Made by a program: the position numbers and the translations under genes | The notes under the pieces: model-generated | Databases searched by the model: none | Told to the model about the DNA's origin: nothing | Seen by the model: the letters and a program-made list of their open reading frames with translations, nothing else | Source of the DNA: Klebsormidium nitens | Lineage: Eukaryota > Plantae > Klebsormidiophyceae | Reading direction: 5' to 3' | Assembly: GCA_000708835.1 (NCBI GenBank) | Contig: DF236962.1 | Span: 186,001-250,000, forward strand | Length of the DNA: 64,000 nt | Shown here: in pieces, positions 1 to 12,248 of the stretch | How the letters are laid out: each line of letters begins with the position of its first letter | How positions within the stretch are numbered: position 1 is the stretch's first letter

Positions 1-1538
1 CGCGATCGCTCCTAGAATCTGCTGAATCTGGCTTGTCTGATCTGCTGGAGCCCCCAAGGAAGACAACCTCCAAACCGACCCCCACATAATGATTCCCCAA
101 AGCTTACCCCACGAACAACGTTCTGAAATCCTCTCAGTGAATCCGCAAAAGGCCGACCAGAGCTTCCTGAGACCTCCTCCAAACCTTGTCCAATCCCTTT
201 CCAAACCCCGTCCCGTTTCTCCTATCCCGGGACAGGCCCGGGACCTCCGACTTGGTCTTACCGTAGTGGGCTGCCCCTACCCACTCTCCCTCAGACTTGA
301 TACCCGCCGCTTAGAGCTGGCGGCCTGTGGGGAGCGACTGTCTGTTCTACAGGGCCTCTTCGTGTCACTCTTGGGGGGTCGAGTGCGACCTGGCCGCTGA
401 GGCAACGGTGCGCGGCCCCCCCTTATTGTTTTACCTGCGGACGACTTGCGGTTATGCGGTGTGGGCTGTTCAAGAGAAATGCGCTGGAGCACAGTCGCGC
501 CGGGCCATTGCGGAAGCTGCGGCGGGCGAACTGGCGGTGGTCCCAATGCCCCCAAACAACGAAGACGTGATCCCGGATCTGATCTACAACCGCGAAACCG
601 CTTCCGCAAGGAAAAAGACAAATAGAAAACTTCTAGTGTCCCCAGGCTTAGCACGGACAATCTGCCCCGTAGCAGCATTGAAACATCTCATTCGCACATG
701 ACATTCGATCCATGCATGCAGATCTGGTACATGCTCGCTAGAACAACTCGAGTTTGCAAATAATGTAGGTTACTTGCAACTTCCCGGATATGCCTTGCAG
801 CCGTAGCAAGCTGTCTAGAGTCGAATCCACCCGTCCCGGATCGCAGTCGGAGGTACCGTGCTTGATGACGGACCATGAGGGTAATGGCGTTAGTAAAGAA
901 AAGGATGCTGCATTGACTGGATATGCAGGCAACAATTGCATGCATGCTTTATGGATGGACGTATGCGTACATACAAACTCAGACCCATTCAACGCCGAAC
1001 GATGAGGCATAAATACGTGCACCGTCCGTAAAAGTTTAATAAAGCGATTCAAGTCGAGTATTGTTCTCCAAATGGCTTTGCACTAACCTGTCGACTTCAA
1101 CCTACATACGTTAAGCTCTGCCGTTGAAGCTCTTTGTAAATGACCATCACCTCTGTAGCGCGTGCTAATACCGTAATTTATGGCAAAGGCTCTTTAATCA
1201 GCTCAGAAGGTGTGATGGATCGCGCCCGCGCACTTATCTCGATTAAATCTTCGCTACAACCGGTGACCTTGTATTGACAAGAGCCTACGTTTTCTATATC
1301 CATTGCTCCGAGTTCCACCCCCAAATCTTTTTTGGACGACAGCTGACGTAAAGTGATAAGGCATTGGTCGCCAACTACTAGTCCCTAGCCAGCTTGAAAG
1401 GAACTCCATACCTAGATTCACATGCTTATAAAATGCAAAGTTCTGTATGCGAAAAACTTGAATGCAGTGTGGACTCGACTGATTATCGAAAACAACTGAG
1501 TGCGCGCCGCGAGCTTAAAGATAATAAGGAGTAACACA

Positions 1539-4500
1539 CTAGCTTGCGCTCTCGACTTTGAATCCCGTCCCCTTGACGAAGTCTTTCAAAACGACAACCA
1601 CATCCTGGAACGCGGGCCGTCCCCGAGGATCCCTGCGCGCGAGATATGTTACGATTCACATTGTAGTAGAATTTGGAAGCTCGAACAAACGAGTAAATCA
1701 TGATTGTCCATCGCTGAGAAGCGAACGTTCACAGCCCAGGCAACGACTGACGATCAGCCGCGTAAAACGGACACTGTCTTTTTCAGGTTACAAATGTGAA
1801 ACCTTTCAGCGAACTGTTCGACCAGTATTTTCCTTAAGCAGGAAGAGGACGAATTGCTGATTTGCGACATACCACTTATGGCCCTCTTAAAAACAACCGA
1901 GCACGTTCACTGCACCACAATTACCGCAAAGCAACGCAACTGGACAACCTGTTACTCAACACCGAGCCTCACCGTTTCCAACAGTTGCGTATGAGCGAAG
2001 CAATGGTGGGATCCACTGTGTCAGGAATGGGCAGCCGTTGATCCTGGAAGCCGACTGCTCCGATGATCTGCCGTAGGAAAGCAGAGCAGATGAGAGAGTG
2101 TAGCACACTTTTAGCGAACGCATCAACCCCGATGATCTGCCGCGAATATGCACAGCAGATCAGATGGTGCGGCATAGTTCTGACCAACGTAGCAGATCCG
2201 GATAGAGATGTCCGTTTCCTGGGCCCAAATTTAACCACCAGGGCTTTTGCTACGCTCGGAAGACCACAAAAAGGAGTAACTGCTGTCAAAATCCAGCAGT
2301 TTCGAGCCAAGACGATAGTTCGAGCGGCTATCGTTTCATCGGTTTTGGGAGATCTGAGTGCTGCTTCGAGAAGCGCAAGATAGACAACTGTCAGCCTTGG
2401 GATTGCTCGAAGACCGCACTGACCAGAATTCACAACAAACGCCCAAAAGCGCAGCAGGAACGAGGGCGTGCTTCGTGTACAGACCTGGCCTGTCTTCATC
2501 CCGCCCCAGGGCCGTTGCATGGTGGTCAGCTCCCACAGGATCACACCGAACGAGTACACGTCGCACTTCTCGTCGGACGGCTCCGAACGCAGCACCTCTG
2601 CGCAGTCACAAAAGAACCCATTGAGCAAAGTTTTGTAGATGACCGCAAGCCCAGAAGAGCTAATGAGTGGAAGAACGGAAGCAACGTGAGCACATGGGCA
2701 GGGTCTCATTGGCACGAACTGTCGATAATGTTCCTGACATGCATAGAGCGTTTTGAAACGTCTTGGGAGGAACTAGGACGTCCCAGATCAACACCACCTT
2801 TACGTCTCCGAAGAGTAGATGCTTGCTTTCAATGCAGGAATGCTAGCGCTGGCCGCGCGAGCCGACCTGGCGCCAACCCTGTCAGCTATGCTTGGCCCCG
2901 CATTTTTCTGCAACTAGTTGGGCGTGCCCAGAAGCTTTTGAGGATGTCCAAAGCATGCCAGAGAGTGTCACACTATAGTCGCAACCAGCTCAAATCTCAG
3001 TAAAGGTGCCAGCCGAGTGGCCTCACCCGGCGCCATCCACTCGGGTGTGCCCGCCCCAGTCATGGAGGAAATGTAGGTCGCGTGCTTGAGGCGCGACATG
3101 CCAAAGTCGCCCACCTTGGCCGTCCAGTCGCGGTCTACCAGAATGTTGGGGCTCTTCAGGTCCCTGCGAGCAGCAAGAAACCTCTGTAGTTCTTTCGGGG
3201 TTGAAAAACTTACGGTCTTGATGTTTCGGGCTTGCGAAGTTCCAAGATTTGGGAGCTTTTTCATGGATCATTCAGACGTTGTGGCTCTTCAGGTCCCCCG
3301 GGAAGCGGAAATCCAACCTATCAGACTGACGTAATGTCATGGTCGCAAGGTTCCGGAGACTTTCAAAATCGAAAGCAGGAGGCGAGGAGTTGACAATCTC
3401 GGCATTATGCTTTCGTTAATGATACGAGCTTTCGAGCATGCGTAAATCCATATTCGGAAGATTTTTAAAATACCAAGCGCGTGAGCTCCGCACCTTGTTA
3501 TTCCAGAGCTTCATACGGATTTCAGGAAACGGAAGGTTTAAACTTTTCAAACGACTGGATCTCCTCAGGCCTTTTTGAGATGAAACTGGAATGAATCCGG
3601 CTTTCATTCTGCAGTTGGGCGAGCGCGCTCACCTGTGCACGATGGGCGGGCTGCACGAGTGCAGGTAGTTCATGCCCTTAGCCACGTCCAGCGCCATGCG
3701 CATCCGACGGCTCTCCGAAACAGGCTCGCGCTTCGTCTGCACAAAAGGAAGAGGAGATGATACCTTAGCGATAACCGTCATTCAAGACCTCCCTGCATTG
3801 TGACTGCGCGTCACCATCCTAACCTAGCCGCCGGAAGTGCTGCACCCTTGGGCCCAAACAATGATCTCAACGATCTTCCTGGCACCTTTCGAAAGTCAGA
3901 CATACTCCTCAAGCCTTTCCCTATGCAGAAAGTCCTGCCAAACACTGGCCTTGCCAGCCGCTCCTGTGACACAAACGCCTGTCTCTGCGCAGCTTTGCAA
4001 AACCCACTTCCAGAGAGGGCCAAACCCGCTGACTCATTGAAACGTAGACCTTCGCAATCGTACATAGGTTGTTGGTCCGCTCTAGTTGCTCTCACCTGGG
4101 GCGTGTTGGTGTGCAGCAGGCGGAAGAGGCTGCCCCGCGGGAGGACCTCCGTGATGATGGCGAAGTTGGGCGGGGTTGTGACCGCCCCCATGAACAGAAC
4201 CACGTTTGGGTGCCGCGCACGCAGCATGATCCCTACCTCCTTCCTGCGGCAAAGGATAACTAAGTCAACATTCGCACTCTTGTTCCGGAACACAGGTGCC
4301 ATGAGGAACTTGAAGCCCGGCATTTTGGTTACAGAAGATCTGAGTGAACCCAGCCCTTAACCAGCCAGCACCGTAGGTTCCTGCTCCAAGTCGGCACGCG
4401 GGTACTTGAAGAACGGGCGAATTGAACACAGAGGCCTGAACTTTGATCCATCTGTAAATTATGCCAGCTTCGCAATAAGATGCCTTGCTCCTCTGTACGA

Positions 4501-7500
4501 GCACAGGCACTTGGCCAAGAATGGGCACTTTGTCGACTTTTCCAATTTTTGCTCAGAGAAGGGATGGGCGAACAAAGGGCATCGCAAGAAACTGCTCAGC
4601 GCTCACCCTCACAGGTAACGAGGAATGCCGCTCAGGCAGAGCAAGTTGGGGCGCATCCATTTGAAAGACGAGGACTAGGAAGTGCGGGAGGTAGAGCTAG
4701 CTTGAACGTCTCTTGTCACTTACCTTTGAGCTCGAACAACTGATGGAGAGAATATGTATACGATCCTGGCATCACAAGCTTTGACGAGCAAGACTCTGAT
4801 AGGGGACGACGTTCAGTAGGGGCCGTAAACGACCTCTTCAAGACCAACCTCCGAATGCAAAATCTTCCTATCTACAATTTGAGTTCACAGATGAGATATA
4901 GCATTCGAAGGGCATCTCAGCAGATTCGGAGGCGGGGTTTCTTACCTGAACTCTTGAATGAGCGCTGGGTTTACGTCCTCTGCCGTGAATACTTTGACAG
5001 CGACGTCACTGCCTTGCCACATGCCATGGTACACAGCTCCAGTTACACCGCGCCCAATCTCTTTCCCCTGCAAACGCGGAAATCTGTGAGCGACAGATCC
5101 TGTGACAGACGCGCAGACCCTGAAGATTACACATCACCAGCCTGAGAACTTACGAAAGAATGAGGAGGCTAATGCTAGACCGGCACGAACTTCCACGGAA
5201 AGATTCCGTGGCAGTGCGCCAAGATGAAACAGAAACACTAGGCACCAGACTTACCAGACATGTCATTTTTGACAGCTGCGGAAGATTCCGAGCCCCTCAG
5301 ATTTGACGGACACCCCCAAACAAAAGTGACCGACACCCCCGGAGAAAAGTGCCTGGAGAGATGTGCTACACTGCCCCAAACGGGCACTGCTTTCACTCCA
5401 CACAAGAACAACCACCCGCAGAGGATTGGCACTAATCATAACACAACAGTGATGCTTACCACCGTGACCTCATCCCAGGGAATGTTCCAGTCCAGCGTCC
5501 CGAGCACCTCGCTGTTCCCCCGGGGGCTGCTAGCCTCCTTGGGCGTTTCCGGTCTACCCGGACTTTCCGCAGCTGGCGACGCTGCCCCGCCCGCTTTAAA
5601 ATGCCCCGCGGGCCGCAAACTGTCCTCTCGCGCCCCCGACATATTGCTCGGGCCGGAGTTTTTCATTCTTCCGGGACTTATCGTGCTCTCCGAAGGGCCG
5701 GGTTCCAAATGCTGCTTCCCCTGCGTGCTGATTTGCTCCGCGTTCAGAAGCGGCTCATCGGTCTTGGCGGCCGCCTGCATGGAACTCAAATCCAGAGGAG
5801 GGGGCTTCGATTGAGCCCCCCGTTTCTTGGGCTGCTGAGCGCTGCTGCTCGACTCGGCTCCGGACCCTTTTGCGGACGCGGCAGCTTTTGCTGACGCTTC
5901 GGACGGTGCTCCGGTGCTGACAGCAACTGGTGGGAGAGCCTCGGTTTGCCTACTCGGTTCATGAACTCCTTGACCGGGTAATTTCTCCCGAGAAGCGCCG
6001 TCCTCTTGTTTATTTCGCACCTCGTCCGGCAACGTGGAGCGATCTAACGACCCACTCACCCCCGCCACTGAGGCAGCAATCGGTTTCCGAACAGCTTCGG
6101 ACTCTGTCTCTTTTCCCATTTCTCTCAAGATGCTATCAGGGCTTCTTTCTAAAGAGGGCCCAGCGGCACTAGCTGACCCGCTCCCTTCTCCCCCCCGGTT
6201 TGCGGATTCGGGGGTATCCTCCGCTACTGCATTAACGGTCGGTTGGACGGACTCCAGGTCCCAACTCCCGAAGCCTTCAGCGAGGGGGGACGAGGCACCC
6301 GGGCTTTGAGTATCCGGGCGACTGACAGACTCGACGTTTGTGAAATCGTCGCCACTAAGCCGATGCATTTCCGAGATGGTCGGAATGGCGGGCGTCCGGT
6401 CACTTGCCACGTGTCGAGCTACCGAACTCGTGACGTCAGCAAGCGGCACAGTGGATGCGGTCGACGCATCAGAGGGTGGGTCCTGCACAAAGCTGGTGAG
6501 GAAGCTTGGCGGCTCGACTGCTTCAGAGGTGCTTGACGGAAGCTTGTCACCTTGAGTAAGGAACCCTGCCAGATTCCCTCTAGAACCGCCGGTGATTCGT
6601 ACCACCTGTTCTTGTCCCGGCCCCCCCGTGCCCGCACCGCCATCACTTCTTTCGGAATCGTCGTTACCTTCTGCTGCGGACTCTGCACCTCTTAACGGTT
6701 CCGCTGGCCCCAATTGCTGCTCTCCTTCCTCTCCCCCCTTCCCTTCACCTCCATCCTTCTTCTTTGAGAGATTCTCCTTCGACTCGCCACCTTTTTCTGC
6801 CGCCCCTCCTTCCTTCCCAGCCGTATCCGACTCCGAGGACTTCTCGGAGCTCGACTTGCGCAGCAACGCTCGCACTTCGTCGTACCCCCCCTCCCCCGGC
6901 ACGTGGTCCAGGATCGCGCTCCCAAACGCGCCCTTGTCATTCTCGCCCGCATCCCGCTCGAGCGCGTCCGCAAAACCGCTGACGTCCCCTGCGTCTTCCT
7001 CGGGCACTGCGTCCACCTCGAGCCGCCACGTGGCATCTTCCTCGTCCAAAGAATGAAACTCGTCCTCCGTCTCACTCCCAAAGGTCGAACTCGCCTGCCG
7101 GCTCAAGTGACCCCCGGGCTTCTTTGCCTGATCCCACTTCATGTACAGCGACGGGTGCCACCCCCCCGGTTCCCCGATGCTCTCGACACTCTCCGTGCGT
7201 GCAATCCTGTGCCCAGACCCGGCCGCGCTGTCCGGTGCCAAGTCCCGGGCAAACTCCCCAGAAAGCCGGGGTGCTTGCGGCCATACGAGGTCGTTCTCAA
7301 AACCTTTAAACGCCGCCAGCCCAGCCTCCCGCTCGATCTCGCTGCTCGTTCTCCGCTGGCCGCCTATTCCCAGCGCCGTCCCAGTCCCCGTGCTCTCTGT
7401 GTCGAGCGACGACTCCTGGCTGGAAAATCCGCTCCCCTGCCGGGAAGGCCGATGCCGGGGCATCCCCTGCGGGGCAACGGAGACGTCGGGCTTCGACCAG

Positions 7501-10399
7501 CTGTCCCCTGAACCCCGTCCCGTCCCCCCCCCCCTAAAGCTCTCCCTAAAACCCTCCCGAAATCCCTCCCGATAGCCCCCTGCAAACCCTTCTCTAGCCG
7601 CCACTTCCCTTCCCGCACCCGCGGCCACGTCCCGCGCCCTGCCCGCAGGATCCTCTCTTACTTCCCCCTCTCTAGTTCCCGCGGCAGACCCCTCCACGAA
7701 CCCCTCCCCGGAGATACGCCGTTCCAGCCCTTGGCGCAAGCTCCCACTGCGCGACACCTGGCGCCCTTCCATCGTCGTTCGCATATGCCGGTACTGCTCT
7801 TTCACGTGGCTAAAATCCACCCTCTCTGCCCAAGCAGATCGCTCGCCCCTGGTCGAAGAAGGGGGCCCCTCGCTCTCAACGCTCGGATCCCGGCGCAGCT
7901 TCGGACCTCTAGGGCTTGGGGGGCCGGCGTTCCCGGTCTTCCTTGAGACCGACTCAATCTCTCTTTTGAAGTCAGGATCGTCTTCGGCTTCGCTCGCTGA
8001 TGCTGCGTTAGGCCGCAGAGCGCCCCACACACCTTTTACAAAACCCCAAATGCCTGTCGCTGCAGGAAACCGTGAAACGCGTTGAGAACACTTCTCCGGC
8101 TAACCTTGGGTCAACAAAGCTCGAATGCTGCAGTAATCTACGTTGCACGCTCTGCAGCAGCAAATGTCGACAAAGATGCAAGAAGGTCATTGGACTCGAG
8201 TTGGAATCAAGCCGTTCCTCGGATCAACTTCGTTATGGTTCGCTTTGGGCGGCATTGTTTTGCAAACCCTCCCCTTTCTGCCCCTGCTCTACTTCTCCAT
8301 CCCCGAACCCTTTGGTCGGAAAAGGCTTGCCAAAACTCCTTTCGCCAAACATTGAATGTCGCTGCTCCAAAACACCCGCCTGTGCTTCCAACGGAAAACA
8401 GATAGACACCCCCTTTTGCATCGATAGACACCCCGTTTCCCTTGGTACCATGACAAAACCCTTCTACTCCTTTGACGAGGTAAACGAAGCCTCTCAGCAC
8501 CCACCTGCTTCCTCTTGGGGTTCCTCCACAATAGGTGCGGCCACAAAATGTTCTCTGGGGCTAGGCAAGGCATGCACCCGGGGAAAGCCACCGGAAGCTC
8601 CCGGAAGAAACGTGGGGGTCGAGCAGAAGCCTGAGATGGCCAGAGCATTCTCGCCTGCAACAAGCGGCATTCATTGGTCAGTTGACCAGATGGATTGGGC
8701 ACTGGCAGTGGGTAAAAGGTGAAGTTAAGCACTCTGCAACTTTCTAAAAGGGGGTTCAAGGGGGTGGATTCGTAGTCAGAACGGCTGCACACTGACGTTG
8801 ATAACTTAGATGCCTTGGAGCGATGAACTGACTTGACAACCAAGGACCGAAACTTGCCATCTTCTGGATGACTCTCCAGAAATGTGCTCAAGAGCAGGGC
8901 CCATCCCAGGTTGCGACTCCTTACGAAAGAAGCACAACGACAATCCCCCATACATCGTCCATCCACAAGCACTAAGAAAGGAAAACATTGACGAAATCTC
9001 CTCAATGCAATAGGATGACCTGCAACAATGCCTGACAGGTAAAGCGCCAATCATGGAAAAAGCGACCTCACCAGCTTTTGGAAGGAAGCGCTTGAGCTCC
9101 ACAATGGTGCAGCACGTGGCGACCATGTCCCCGCGCTCGTCCAATATCGGGGTCGCCGTAATAAGCGTCCACAATACTTCGCCATCGACACGAACGACAG
9201 GAAACTGGCCCGTCCATGCTTCTTTCTACACCAGGAAAGGAAAGTAGGGCGCCTCAGGGAACCAACGGAACCAACTGCTGATATGGGAAGAGCCGTTGAG
9301 TGAAGCTAGAGACAAGGTAAGCAAGCAAGTGGAAGTGAGAATTGTTGTAAAATTATCAAAGCCACGAAGCGCTACTTCCGAGTATGTTGAACAGAGTCTT
9401 CTGCTGCTAAGGTCCCTGTACTTACCCCTAGGCGTCTGACTTACCCTGGCCAACCGTTCTACCACTTTCGCTCCAATGTTTTTAAAGCCGGGTGCCGCCA
9501 TAACTGTGACGGCGTCCTGTCCCAGAATATGCTGACGGGACCATCCAAATAACCTCTCGCAGTACCCGTTGCTGCGCAAGAACAAGGAACTCTTTGAGTT
9601 ATGCGAGCCACTCCCTCACCTTCGCTAGGCGCTCAACCACTTTGTACCCAATGTGTTTATAGCCAGGCGCCGCCATGGTCTTGGTGCCATCAATGCCCAA
9701 GACCTCCTGGCGCTTCCAACCTAACATGCGCTCAAACTCCCTATTGCTGCAAAACCAACAGTTACAGGCCCACATATATATTTCGGGCAAACAAATGCAG
9801 AATCAGGCATGCTCTTAAGGAGCCTGTAATCTCTGCCTGTTTCCCTCAATGCCACCAGCTTGCAAAGAGTCGCCAGCTCTGCCAATGAATATATTATTGA
9901 TCCATATGAGCCCTTTATGCTTTTTCACGGGTACTGTGACACCCGTAAAAGACCAAGCTACCACTGGCTAACTCCAACCAAATGTGAAAAACAGATTCCT
10001 ACAAGTTTACGCAACTTTGACAAGCACTAAGGATGTATGACACTCATAGATCCATTAGCACACCAACGGAGATGTGTGCCGACAGTCTTCAAGCAACCCA
10101 GGCTCAGGATTCAAGCCAAGTACTGCGCTCTGCAAACAAACCTGGGAACTCATGGACAGACACGAATGAGTGCATACAAAGTTCCACTTTCAAAGCCTGA
10201 CTTCAAGCGACGTCCTGACTTCAAGCGACGTCAACAATCTTTGCAAAACTTACACATAGAGGAGGCGCCCCTGCACATCCAGGCAGTAGACCCCCTGCCC
10301 CAAATTCTCCAGAATGTCACCCCCAAATTGGGGGGGCACCCTGAATTGCCCTGAGAAGTCATTAGGCCCAGCAAGCTGGGGCTGCTGGCCGCGCATCTC
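1539..10399 (-). CDS. PAS-domain Raf-like MAPKKK (B2 group, RAF10/RAF11-like), multi-exon, 5' end not resolved
   Basis: Exons read on the minus strand: 10254-10399 ([24 protein letters not shown] start), 9620-9746 or 9445-9571, 9072-9225 ([15 protein letters not shown]...[14 protein letters not shown] end), 8505-8654, 5460-8059 (long disordered region ending [12 protein letters not shown]), 4946-5067 ([27 protein letters not shown]), 4096-4243 ([20 protein letters not shown]), 3633-3736 ([13 protein letters not shown]...IVHR), 3027-3163 ([10 protein letters not shown]...KVGDFGMSR...GTPEWMAP), 2485-2597 ([24 protein letters not shown]), 1973-2067, 1539-1632 (stop). All junctions are GT-AG with consistent phases. 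Confidence 0.93.
9445..9571 (-). other. Alternative PAS exon A (127 nt), candidate mutually exclusive exon
   Basis: ttgcgcag|C AAC GGG TAC...GCC AGG|gtaagt; encodes [42 protein letters not shown]. Confidence 0.85.
9620..9746 (-). other. Alternative PAS exon B (127 nt), candidate mutually exclusive exon
   Basis: ttttgcag|C AAT AGG GAG...GCG AAG|gtgagg; encodes [42 protein letters not shown]. Confidence 0.85.
10197..10232. repeat. Perfect 18-bp tandem duplication in a kinase intron
   Basis: ctgacttcaagcgacgtc x2. Confidence 0.9.
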
Positions 10400-12172
10400 C
10401 TGCAGAGTCATCATCCTTGTAGCTGAGTACCTGAGTTTGGAAGAGTACCGCAGTTTGGAAGGCTGACAGCCAAAGAGGACTTGTCACAGCGCACCGTCAA
10501 TGCTCCTTTAGCAAGGCAGGTGCGTGTGCACGATTGGCTTGGATTTTGCGAAAATCGCCAGCCAGTTCTGAGGGCCCAAGGGTTGCTGCCATCCCCATTG
10601 GCGATACCTTTTGGGGCTACACAGAAGCAATCGGAAATCAGGGGCTGAGAGAGTTCCTTGCCAAGGAGCCACCACATTACAAATTAGTTTCCACAATAGA
10701 GGTAGCGTGGTTTCCACTGATGCTGCACCGGCAACTGGAAATGATTAGCAACATTGTCTGCTTCAATAGCACCATCCACACAGAATGCCACCAGCTTAGA
10801 TATGATTCGCCACAATCAGATGCGAGCATCTCCATCATGTCAAAGTCAGCTGCCAAAGTTATGCAACAATAGTGAAAAACACAGGAACCTATGGGAGCGA
10901 CAAAACAACGAATGCGGGTGTTCTCAGTCTCAATCTTATTCTCATGCGTCCTGGATTCTCTCAAAGGACAACTGATCAGAACTGATCTGCCTGATGAAAT
11001 TCGTGGACGATCAGGACGGCTTGCACTTCACTGATTGGCTGGCGGCAAAAGCGGGGCGCCTTTTGCGGAATCAGAGCATTCAGTAGTGCAACTAACAGTG
11101 ACTGGAATCTGCAGCAACTACCAAATCTCAATCGCAAACAGATGCAATCATCCTCACCTGCCTCAAGACTCCCGCAATCTGACGCATATCACCATCGCAG
11201 GTTCTGCCGCCTCATATGCTGATGTCAAACAGATTCAAGTGAGCGAAGCTTTCAGAATTACTTATGGAATCCTCTAGCTACAAATGCTATGGTGGTCAAC
11301 TTGTTTGCAGAGCACTTCCCGTACGAGATGGCCACCAATTTGTAATAGCTCAGTACCAAGGCCAATGGTGAGAAGTGCTGGCGGTAGCTTTACAATATAG
11401 CTCAGCTACAAAGATTGGCAAACCTTTTGCAGTAGATGCTCAAATATGGAAGAATCCTATATATCAGCAAAAGTGGGATGCGCGTCAGCGCGCAACCAGG
11501 TTAACCGAGCTCAGCTGTTTTCAAATCTTTGATCCACCTTCTCCACAAATGAACATAAGATACGCCGGCTAAGCGTATGTGGGACCAACGCAAGCAGAAT
11601 GCTATATGTGTCTTTATGCTATCTTGACGTGCCAACTTCCAAAGACAGCTGCACAGCGCCCCTCTCCTGCCCTGCATGAGAGAGATGTTTTCCTGCTGCC
11701 ATTTGCGCCTTCCTTCCGCCAGCAGGTTCAGTCTTCCACTTCGCCATAATAGTTCAAGTTGCAAATATCAACTTGAAATCTGTCAATCAGCAGATCTGCA
11801 TGAATCGAAACGAATCGGATACGCTTTGCAGAAGATCCGCCTAGGCAGGCGCAGGCTGGCACTGTAATGGCAACGGTGACCAGGCTCCCTAGGCCGCGGT
11901 GTGCAGTGTGCGTGTGCACCTGTTCAGTGAAGAAGCACTTTTGACGCAGACAGCTTGCAGTACCGCCACTTGGCGCTATATGACAAATGTTGCCTACACG
12001 TGGCACAAAAACAGCCCAGCCTCGACTCGAGTGCTACTTCCTTTGCCGTCGATTGAATGTACGGTGTTCTCATCGCACGACTGGAAGCTTCTCATACATA
12101 CTGGCAACTCTTGCTTCCACTAAGGGGTGCTTTCACAAAGATACAGGAGCCCCGGGCACCTCAACTAGGTAA

Positions 12173-12248
12173 AAACCCTAACCTAAATAATGACCCGCTC
12201 CTCACCCGTACCCACCCTAACTCCCAAAACCAACCCCACCCATCCCCC
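12173..12248. promoter_or_regulatory. Telo-box (AAACCCTAA) plus a C-tract cluster (G-quadruplex-type motif on the minus strand) between divergent genes
   Basis: AAACCCTAA at 12173-12181; seven runs of 3 or more C between 12205 and 12248 with loops of 1-8 nt. Confidence 0.35.

Noticed and set aside
5260-7946. Many plus-strand ORFs of 70-200 aa
   Set aside because: All lie antisense to the 2.6-kb GC-rich kinase exon.
8289-9050. 253-aa minus-strand ORF
   Set aside because: It runs through introns and in a different frame from the spliced kinase exon 8505-8654, and has no domain signal.
9421-9444. Second gtaagt donor 19 nt beyond exon A that might rescue double inclusion
   Set aside because: Reading exon A after exon B hits TAA inside exon A, so the frame is not rescued.
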